Assembly: GCA_031316115.1 (NCBI GenBank)
Contig: JALDRC010000011.1
Span: 4,978 to 68,977 of the forward strand
Reading direction: 5' to 3'
Length of the DNA: 64,000 nucleotides
Origin: Nitrososphaeraceae archaeon
GTDB lineage: Archaea; Thermoproteota; Nitrososphaeria; Nitrososphaerales; Nitrososphaeraceae
Shown: positions 55,948 through 64,000 of the stretch, piece by piece
Layout of the letters: each line of letters begins with the position of its first letter
Position numbering within the stretch: position 1 is the first letter of the stretch
Notes under the pieces: model-generated
Told to the model about the DNA's origin: nothing
The model's database searches: none
Seen by the model: the letters and a program-made list of their open reading frames with translations, nothing else
Made by a program: the position numbers and the translations under genes

Positions 55948-56064
55948 TTAGAGTTTTTCTAGACCAATACAACAATCTGCGCAATTAATGCATTCTTTGC
56001 AGAGATTCAATTGGTCAGAAATGTTAAGCATAACTCCACATAATGCACATTGTTTTTTACTCAT
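55948..56064 (-). CDS. 38-aa Cys-rich micro-protein
   Basis: MSKKQCALCGVMLNISDQLNLCKECINCADCCIGLEKL*; TTAATATA box ~30 nt upstream. Confidence 0.65.
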   Translation of the reverse strand: MSKKQCALCGVMLNISDQLNLCKECINCADCCIGLEKL

Positions 56065-56928
56065 AGTATCAATATAAAGTAACTTATGTATATTAACCTA
56101 TATATCAATCTCATTTCAATTCATTTACTAAAGTTAAAGTCATTTTGAGATACAAGTAGATTTAATCTATTCTTTTCATCTTTGTGTTCTTGTTTTAAGT
56201 TTACGTAACCATATAAAGTGTTAACGCTATTTGAAAGATAGCAAAATTTTGATGACTGTTATCTCTGTATCAAAAAGAACGGTAATCTATTACGTATTTC
56301 AACTAAATACAATTTTCTTTGTATAAAATATAACAACAGTGGCTAATGGTTCTGATTTTGAATTAATGATTGGAATATCATCTTAGATTTACATAACTGA
56401 GAATAGATTCTTTTTTAAAGAATTAAAAACAATTTAATCTACTGTTTTCTAATATGGGAATTTTTTACTACATTTATAATAACTCAGAATCGACAAAAGA
56501 ACCATAACTTAAGAAATAAATGTCTATCTGGTTTTAATCTAACAGGAATATATTATACTAATATATTGGTGTAATTTTGTAAGGATATAATAAATATAAT
56601 AATAGTACAAAAAAATACTATAATTTTCATAAAAAATATTATCTTTTTTTTTATATTAATGATTCGAACAAAATTAATTGTTTAATTGCAAATTTTTAAT
56701 TCTCGATTCAAAAATTCCTTTCCTCATTGTACTTATTTAAATCTATTGAATTTCTCGAAAATGGTTATAATAATATAACATGTTAAAAAAGATAATGAGA
56801 ATATAACAATTCCCAAAACATTATATTTTTCTACTCGATTTTCCGTAAAAAAAATTTTTAAAACTAATAATCATTATGGAGGAAAAGAGAAGTGTCTCAA
56901 TAAGAATTTTATAGTACGAAATAGTGAT

Positions 56929-57141
56929 ATGGTTATGGTTTATAAATATATAAACATTATAGGCACTTCGCCCAACGGAATAGATGATGCAGTTAAAGAT
57001 GCAGTAGCAGAAGCAACAAAAACAATTCATAATATAGAATGGGCAGAATTAGGGAGAGTAACTTTTAAAGTTATAGATGATGATATTAAAGAATTTCAAG
57101 CTGAGGTAAAAATGGGTTTTAAAATAGAACGAAAAGATTAA
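56929..57141 (+). CDS. Dodecin (flavin-binding)
   Basis: VYKYINIIGTS...AVKDAVAEA.KT...FQAEVKMGFKIE. Confidence 0.9.
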   Translation: MVMVYKYINIIGTSPNGIDDAVKDAVAEATKTIHNIEWAELGRVTFKVIDDDIKEFQAEVKMGFKIERKD

Positions 57142-57803
57142 AAATAAAATATTTTTATTTTGTTAGTTTAATATATCAGTATCTCTTTAATAATTTCATT
57201 CCTAAACTAATGTTCTGAGAAAGGTGAGAAATCTAAAACTAAAATTACCTATTATCTATTTTTTATGAGTTTTTTTTTGAAACTTTTCAATAATTTTTCA
57301 TATTTCATGATTTCTAATATGTGGTATCTAAAACGTATTTAGGAAGCGACATTTGAACAATTTTTATGGTCAATGCATTTGAAAAACAATATTAAACCAT
57401 GACACTAATAAATTTAGTTTTAATATAAAAGTCAAGTAACGTGAATTCATATATTAATTGTTCTTAAAAATAAACATTTATAATATTTTGATTTTAAAAA
57501 TTTTGTTTTAATAACTTTCTGAATAAACAAATTCATTCTATTATTACTCAATCAAGATAAAACATTCTCAGCTATATATTTTCCCTTCCTAAACCAAAAA
57601 CTAAAAGAATAATGTTGTACTCTAGTTATAAAATAATATAGATCCTTATAAAATATTGAAAGTTAAAATAGATATCAATAACAAAAACAATCTCTTACAA
57701 ATCTAGACTAAAATATTATCTATTGAATGAGATCAAAAAAATCTATTTTTAATTTTTTTTTATACTACATTTCAGAGATTCATAATTTATTAGATCTAAA
57801 AAC

Positions 57804-58700
57804 TCACCTTAAAGTATAAAATTTGTATAAATTTCCATTTTCTTTATTGATATATTTCCAGTTCATCTTGTCAGTTGAAACATGAATAAATGAAGGTTGT
57901 GTTCTGGGGTGGAGCAATTTGAAAACGTTCTCTCCTATGGAAACTTTATTTGGCGCTGTCAATGATGTTATTTTTGAAGTAACATTCATACAATATCCAA
58001 GTATATCTATGGGGGAGCTCTTGTCATTTCCATATTGAACTACGATATTCTCTCCGTCATCTATGCCTATCTTTACTGCAAGCTCTGGGTAGTCGTTCTT
58101 TTTCATAACTGGATTTAGACCTTTTCTTATTATTTCTATGATAGATCTTCCACATTGAACTGACTTATCACATACAAGAAGTTTGTTAAAAGAGGAAGGA
58201 AAAAAAGAAATCACAGCATCTCCGGAAAATTTTAGAACGTAACCATTATGACTTTCTATAACCGAAGCTAACTCATATGAAAAAGCATGTATAATCGTAA
58301 CCATTTTTTCAGCTGGAAGAGTCATACTCATCTTTGTTGATCCAACTAAATCAGCATACATTACTACCAACTCCACCTTTGAATTTACATGCTTTAGTAA
58401 GAAATCTTGACCTCTCTTTATAGAACTATCATAATGATATTTCTCTGTTAAAGCATCTCCGAATCTATCTTTGCGTTGGGTTAATAGAGTTTGAATATCA
58501 ACGAGATTGTTATTTGATCTATTACTTGGATGTATAGTGTCTTCATTTATCCCACCATCAATCATTCTTTTCAAGATACTGTTCGTATTATCGTCTTGCT
58601 GATGAGTTAGTTGTTCATTAGAAAGTTTATTTTTTTTTCGATAGATACTTTTCTTGGTTTTTTTAGACTGATTTTTATTTGAAGGTTTAGATAACCCCAT
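57804..58700 (-). CDS. Class III adenylate/guanylate cyclase domain protein
   Basis: VMYADLVGST, LKFSGDA, KIGID.G, DILG..MN. Confidence 0.9.
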   Translation of the reverse strand: MGLSKPSNKNQSKKTKKSIYRKKNKLSNEQLTHQQDDNTNSILKRMIDGGINEDTIHPSNRSNNNLVDIQTLLTQRKDRFGDALTEKYHYDSSIKRGQDFLLKHVNSKVELVVMYADLVGSTKMSMTLPAEKMVTIIHAFSYELASVIESHNGYVLKFSGDAVISFFPSSFNKLLVCDKSVQCGRSIIEIIRKGLNPVMKKNDYPELAVKIGIDDGENIVVQYGNDKSSPIDILGYCMNVTSKITSLTAPNKVSIGENVFKLLHPRTQPSFIHVSTDKMNWKYINKENGNLYKFYTLR

Positions 58701-59285
58701 TACTTCATATGATTTAAGAATAAAGGAAAATATAAGATTTTAAATTAATCTATACTGTGTTTGAATGTAACATCAAAAATAAAATACTTTCCCTTCAATT
58801 GATAAACTAAAAGTTATCCTAACTGTTGAATGTCTTTTCTCTATCCCGTATACAATTGAAAATTCATATTTTTATAATCATTATTTATCTAGAAATATCT
58901 CCTTGATAAATAAAATAAACCAGTCTAAATATATTTTATTTTTGTTTTATTATCCATTTGTGATTATTAGAAAAATTTTGGAATAATTATTTGATTTTGA
59001 ATTCATACAATTAATATTAATTTTCTCTCCCTGACCAATAACCTGTTAGATATTATCCATAAATTTTATCTTTCTTCTAATTATGTTAAAATCTTGAATT
59101 TTTCTTTTACATTCTATCACTTTTCCCGTGTATCCATAATGAAGAAAATGAACAAATTTTCCTGAATGAAAAATTATTATATTTCTAGATAAGGTATAAT
59201 ATTTTGGAGTTAAATCTGATGATATTTTTTATAATACATTATAAAATAATTTTTATAGATCCAAAGTCAAAAAGATCATGTTAGA

Positions 59286-59687
59286 ATGCGAGTAGATCAT
59301 ATTGCAATTGCTGTGAATAATGTTGAATCAGCACTGACCAACTACCAGAATATATTGAAGATAGATAAAATAGAGATGGAAGAAGTACCAACAGAAAAAG
59401 TTCGTGTGGCAATGCTAATGTTAGAAGATACTCGAATTGAACTCTTAGAACCAATGTCTGAGGATAGCCCTATATCTAAATTTTTAAAGCAAAGAGGTGA
59501 GGGCATTCACCATATTGCTATTACCGCAGATAATATAGAAGAAGATGTTGACAGAGCAGTAAAAAACGGAATGAAATTCTTAGGGGATTTGAGAACAGGT
59601 TCATATGGTAGAAAAATTACATTTATTCATCCAAAATCATTAAATGGAGTCCTTACTGAATTTTGTCAAGCTCCACCTCAAGGCTGA
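59286..59687 (+). CDS. mce: Methylmalonyl-CoA epimerase
   Basis: DHIAIAV, IELLEP, GEGIHHIA, FIHPKSLNGVLTE. Confidence 0.93.
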   Translation: MRVDHIAIAVNNVESALTNYQNILKIDKIEMEEVPTEKVRVAMLMLEDTRIELLEPMSEDSPISKFLKQRGEGIHHIAITADNIEEDVDRAVKNGMKFLGDLRTGSYGRKITFIHPKSLNGVLTEFCQAPPQG

Positions 59688-59835
59688 ATTTCTATAAAGA
59701 ATAACATCTAGGTAAAAACTCCTTTGTTCCTGGATTTACTAATTATTTTTTAAAATATTGAAATAATTATTTTGAATTTGAAATTAATACTACTTTATTA
59801 ATAGCAGTAACAATTGATAAAGATAACCTTCACCA

Positions 59836-60867
59836 CTAATATCTGCTTAATTCTTCTAATACTAGATTTGTAAATTCCACAGTAGAAAGTCTTCCACCAA
59901 TATCCTTTGTTTTTTGGTCCTTTTTCAATAAAGAAATAATTGCATTCTCAATATTTTTCCCTTGAATATACAGATTAACATCATTAAATTTATCTGAAAG
60001 CCATTCTAGCATCATTTTAATGCTTAATAACATTGAAGATGGGTTGGCGATATTTTTACCAGCTATATCAAAAGCTGCACCATGAACTGGTTCAAACAAA
60101 GAAAATTGTTCTCCAATATTAGCAGCCGGACCCATTCCTAATCCACCTACCACCTGAGCTGCTTCATCTGAAAGAATATCTCCAAATAGATTTGTAGTGA
60201 CAATGATATCAAAATCTTCCGGATTTCTTATTAAATTCATGGCTGCTGCATCTACGTAAAGTTCGCTATATTCTATTCCTGGATATTTTTTTGAAACCTC
60301 TCTGCAAATATTTCTAAATAGACCATCACTCTTCCTAAGTACATTTGCTTTGTGAACGGAAACTACTCTTTTTTTTCCATTTCTGATAATTGCGGCTTTG
60401 AAAGCATATTCTGCGATTCTTCTACATGCCTTTTCAGAGATAATTCGAAGTGTAACTACAGTATCAGAGTCTGCATTAAATTCCCATCCAAGGTAAACAT
60501 CTTCAGTATTTTCTCTTACAGTTACAAGGTCAACATCAGGCGATATTGACTTTATCTTCGGATATGATTTTGCAGGTCGCACATTAGCATATAGATCAAA
60601 AAACCTTCTTAATACAAGTATGACATCTGCTGCTCTTTCTCCTACTGGACCTTTTAAGCAAACGTCACTTTTTTTGATAGCATCAAATGAAAATTCTGGT
60701 AGAGCTTGACCATATTTTATGAAGGCATCATCACCTGCTTCTATTTCAATAATATCAAATTTAGCCAGAGTATTATCATTAAGATATTCTAGAATTCTTC
60801 GTGCGCTATTAGTTAATTCTGGCCCAATACCATCACCCTGAATCAGTGAGACCTTGTATTTACCCAT
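59836..60867 (-). CDS. leuB: 3-isopropylmalate dehydrogenase (isocitrate/isopropylmalate family)
   Basis: GDGIGPE, VRENTED, NLFGDILSD, FEPVHGAAFDIAGKNIANP. Confidence 0.85.
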   Translation of the reverse strand: MGKYKVSLIQGDGIGPELTNSARRILEYLNDNTLAKFDIIEIEAGDDAFIKYGQALPEFSFDAIKKSDVCLKGPVGERAADVILVLRRFFDLYANVRPAKSYPKIKSISPDVDLVTVRENTEDVYLGWEFNADSDTVVTLRIISEKACRRIAEYAFKAAIIRNGKKRVVSVHKANVLRKSDGLFRNICREVSKKYPGIEYSELYVDAAAMNLIRNPEDFDIIVTTNLFGDILSDEAAQVVGGLGMGPAANIGEQFSLFEPVHGAAFDIAGKNIANPSSMLLSIKMMLEWLSDKFNDVNLYIQGKNIENAIISLLKKDQKTKDIGGRLSTVEFTNLVLEELSRY

Positions 60868-60935
60868 TATAATTGATTGAAAAAAGTTAAAACCTATTAA
60901 AAATTTCTTTTAAATCTTCTAATAATAATCCCTAT

Positions 60936-61571
60936 TTAATTGTCCTCAGTTTCTTTTGCCCCTGACAACCCCTCATCTTCATATATACATTCTCCTGAAA
61001 TCTTGTCACCTTCACTAGAATCAAAATCTTTTATTTCATCACCAACATCACAAATGAAAGTATCTGCACCCTTGCCTCCGCTTAAGGTATCGTTTCCAAC
61101 TCCGCCGTTCAGTACATCGTCTCCAGATCCTCCCTTTAAACTGTCGTCTCCTCTCATTCCACTTAAATCGTCATTCCCTTCTCCGCCATCCATCTTGTCA
61201 TCACCATTTTCACCTTTTAACACATCATTCCCAGGACCTCCTTCAATTGTATCATCTCCATTTCCTCCCCTCAAAGTATCATCCCCTTCTCCGCCATCTA
61301 TCTCATCATTCCCATGAGCCCCTTCTAAAACATCGTTTCCCTCATTTCCAAATAACTCATCATCACCAGATCCTCCCTTTATTTTATCATCATTTTCTGT
61401 TCCTTCTATTGCCACACTTACCTTGGGTTTAGGAATTTGTCCAGTAGGAATCTGATCAGTTTCATCCTCATCATCATTTTGAGAATATGAATAATTAGTG
61501 ATTGAAAAAAAATTCAATAATAAGAGAATAGAAAATGCTAAAACTCCAATCAATGTAGTTTTTTTGCTCAA
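60936..61571 (-). CDS. Secreted RTX/hemolysin-type Ca-binding repeat protein
   Basis: Multiple GG.G.D.L repeats; paralog of 38122-38799. Confidence 0.9.
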   Translation of the reverse strand: MSKKTTLIGVLAFSILLLLNFFSITNYSYSQNDDEDETDQIPTGQIPKPKVSVAIEGTENDDKIKGGSGDDELFGNEGNDVLEGAHGNDEIDGGEGDDTLRGGNGDDTIEGGPGNDVLKGENGDDKMDGGEGNDDLSGMRGDDSLKGGSGDDVLNGGVGNDTLSGGKGADTFICDVGDEIKDFDSSEGDKISGECIYEDEGLSGAKETEDN

Positions 61572-62064
61572 TTAGAATTATTTATCGATATATTATCTAT
61601 ATATATTTATATACCAAAAAAATACTGTATTAACTAATAGAACAATTTTCTAAATAATCTGGTATCATAATTTTCATTGATAATTATATCAAACTAATAC
61701 CTAAGTCTAGATTATGGAAATCACTTTTATTTCCAAATAACCTTAGATTGTATTTTGTCAGTAAATAGCTGCTAGATAGGAATAAGACGGTATTAATATT
61801 TTCTCAATATCGGTAATATAACCTTAAAATTATTAAAGCAAAGTAATTCATTAGATTTCAATTTAGTGGTAATTACAATAGAAAGCATTGTTATAAACTT
61901 TCAACTTGCTTTAGAGAAAAATATTTTTTCATATTTTACCTCAAATATACCATATCAGATTATCCAAGGTTTTTTCAACATGAAGAAATTGTTTGTTTGT
62001 TGCTTGGCTGGTGTGTTAATTTGTCAAGATCTTCAAATAATGAATTAACCAATCATGAGTTAAT

Positions 62065-63621
62065 CTAATGATTGTTGTTGTCTGATTGTAAAATTTTTCT
62101 TAACATTATTTTATTTATTGCATCCATCATTGCCTGAACTGACGCTACAACAACATCTGCTCCTGATTTCCTTGCAGATACAACATTCCCACTTTTGTCT
62201 TCTACTTTTACTGAAACTTCCGCAAGAGCATCGGATCCCCCAGTAATGGAATCTAATCTATATTCTCGAATTTTTATATTAGCTACCTCAACTGCAATCT
62301 TTTGAATTGCCTTTAATGCAGAATCCACAGGTCCCACACCAACCTCCGATGTAATGTAGTCTTTTCCTCCTGTATGTAATCTGATGACTGCTGTGGGTGT
62401 AATATTTTGTCCTGTTACAATATGGAAATCTTGTAGTTTAAATTTCTCTTCAAATTTTGTATTACCCATTATATGACCTGAAATAGATAATAATTCTGCT
62501 GTAGTTATGGATTTTCCTACATCAGCAAGATTTTTTTGTGTAGTTACTATTTCTTTCAATTCTTCTTCTGATGGTTTAATTCCAAAATCCCCTAACATTG
62601 CTTTTATTCCATGAGCTCCGGCATGTTTTCCAGCTTGTAACCATCTTTTCCTTCCCACCAATTCAGGACTTATTGGCTCGTAGGTTAATGGATTATTTAT
62701 AATACCATGTGTGTGTATACCAGATTCATGACCAAATGCATTTTCGCCTATTATTGCCTTGTTTGGTTGAACAATTATGCCCATTGCATTGGATACAAAT
62801 TTTGATGTTTCATATAGTTTTTCCGTGACTATGTTAGTTTTTTTATTATATAAGCAATGTAAAGCCATTACAAATTCCTCTAGAGAGGCATTTCCTGCTC
62901 TTTCACCTATTCCATTTATCGTTACATGTGCACAACTTGCACCTGCATTTATACCTGCTATTGAATTTGCAACAGCATGTCCAAAATCATCATGACAATG
63001 CATACTTATAGGTACTGATATATTAAATGCGATTTCTTTTACTAGGTTAGTTATATAATCAGGTGTTGCATAACCTACAGTATCTGGAATATCTATTCGA
63101 TCAGCACCAGCAGATTGGGCTTCTTTGAAGACTTTAATTAGAAAATTTCTGTCTGATCTAGTTGCGTCTTCCGCGGAAAATTCTACTTGCACTCCATGTT
63201 TTTTAGCATAATCTACTGCCCAAATAGCCCTATCTATGACTTGTTCCTGTGTCATGTTTAGTTTATATTTCATATGAATATCCGAAGTAGCGATGAACGT
63301 ATGAATATATTTTAGGTCACATTTTAAAGCTGCATCAATATCCGATTGTACTGTTCTAGCTAATCCACATATCTCCGATTTCAAACCTTGTGCGACAATT
63401 GTTTTTATCGCTGCGGCTTCTCCTTCTGATACTACTGGAAAACCAGCTTCTATCGCATCAACTCCTATTTCATCTAGCTTTAAAGCAATTTTCAACTTTT
63501 GTTCTGCATTTACAGATACACCAGGAGTTTGTTCTCCATCTCTTAATGTAGTATCAAATATTCTAATTTTTTCAATTATCTTATTGTTATTATTTTCAGT
63601 TGATTTACTATTTTTTGTCAA
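62065..63621 (-). CDS. leuA: 2-isopropylmalate synthase (LeuA/CimA family)
   Basis: DTTLRDGEQTPG, HCHDDFG, GIGERAGN, C-terminal regulatory domain; LeuA vs CimA not resolvable by eye. Confidence 0.8.
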   Translation of the reverse strand: MTKNSKSTENNNNKIIEKIRIFDTTLRDGEQTPGVSVNAEQKLKIALKLDEIGVDAIEAGFPVVSEGEAAAIKTIVAQGLKSEICGLARTVQSDIDAALKCDLKYIHTFIATSDIHMKYKLNMTQEQVIDRAIWAVDYAKKHGVQVEFSAEDATRSDRNFLIKVFKEAQSAGADRIDIPDTVGYATPDYITNLVKEIAFNISVPISMHCHDDFGHAVANSIAGINAGASCAHVTINGIGERAGNASLEEFVMALHCLYNKKTNIVTEKLYETSKFVSNAMGIIVQPNKAIIGENAFGHESGIHTHGIINNPLTYEPISPELVGRKRWLQAGKHAGAHGIKAMLGDFGIKPSEEELKEIVTTQKNLADVGKSITTAELLSISGHIMGNTKFEEKFKLQDFHIVTGQNITPTAVIRLHTGGKDYITSEVGVGPVDSALKAIQKIAVEVANIKIREYRLDSITGGSDALAEVSVKVEDKSGNVVSARKSGADVVVASVQAMMDAINKIMLRKILQSDNNNH

Positions 63622-63624
63622 TAT

Positions 63625-64000
63625 TTATGTTCCTCTTCTTAAAGCAGATACACCAGTTCTTGCGATTTGAATTATACCATAATGATCTACCAAATTTTTG
63701 AATGCATCTATTTTATCAGGTGTGCCAGTTAACTCTACAATTATTGATTCTTTTCCAATATCTAAAATTTTTGCTCTAAATATTCCTGCAAAATGAGAGA
63801 TTTCCATCCTAGATGTAGGGTCTGGTGACTTCATTTTTATAAGTGCCAGTTCCCTAAAGACAGTGTTATCGATATCTAAAACCTTCACTTCTATAACATC
63901 AATTACCTTCCTCAATTGCTTAACGAGTTGATCCAGCGTCCGAGAATCACTTTGTGTAGCTATTGTCATTCTTGAAAGATCTTTTTGTTCTGTAGAGCCT
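63625..64000 (-). CDS. ilvN: Acetolactate synthase small subunit (5' end outside window)
   Basis: SRMTI...KQLRKVIDV...RELALIK...ELTGTPDKIDAF...ARTGVSAL. Confidence 0.95.
   Translation of the reverse strand, partial: GSTEQKDLSRMTIATQSDSRTLDQLVKQLRKVIDVIEVKVLDIDNTVFRELALIKMKSPDPTSRMEISHFAGIFRAKILDIGKESIIVELTGTPDKIDAFKNLVDHYGIIQIARTGVSALRRGT

Noticed and set aside
6971-62995. Numerous antisense or overlapping ORFs in the track (e.g. 6971-7267, 7798-8088, 8329-8742, 34880-35779, 60940-61317, 62777-62995)
   Set aside because: Shadow frames of well-supported genes on the opposite strand or in another frame.
1-64000. tRNA/rRNA genes or att-site repeats bounding the terminase module
   Set aside because: None recognised by eye; tRNAscan-SE and a direct-repeat search would be needed to exclude them.

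Overview
Very AT-rich archaeal DNA, most likely an ammonia-oxidising Nitrososphaerota (family Nitrososphaeraceae, Ca. Nitrosocosmicus-like), judged from the group II chaperonin, aRF1 and the family-typical secreted proteins. About 1-51 kb is an accessory region. It holds secreted/surface proteins (3 metallophosphoesterases, 3 NHL propellers, 3 PQQ/GSDH-type dehydrogenases, an Ig-like repeat protein, an RTX-type Ca-binding protein), a divergent hsp20/thermosome pair, and many IS remnants (IS5, IS6, IS630, IS1595) plus an integrase remnant. From about 51.8 kb the genes are mostly core (nuoB, radical SAM, aRF1, HTH-CBS, dodecin, class III cyclase, mce, leuB, leuA, ilvN). The most striking feature, invisible in the ORF track, is at about 22.95-24.09 kb: nine regularly spaced (~127 bp) cassettes that mostly read as [archaeal TATA-like promoter] - [~18-25 nt variable 5' leader] - [long hairpin with + strand G-U pairs] - [T-rich end]. 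This candidate small-RNA array lies between an unannotated ribbon-helix-helix gene and a convergent, decayed HTH / terminase large subunit / Zn-finger operon. Also found outside the ORF track: a C/D-box sRNA predicted to guide 2'-O-methylation of the 23S P-loop G2251, two Cys-rich micro-proteins, and a tape-measure-like remnant. All assignments come from manual reading; no searches were run.
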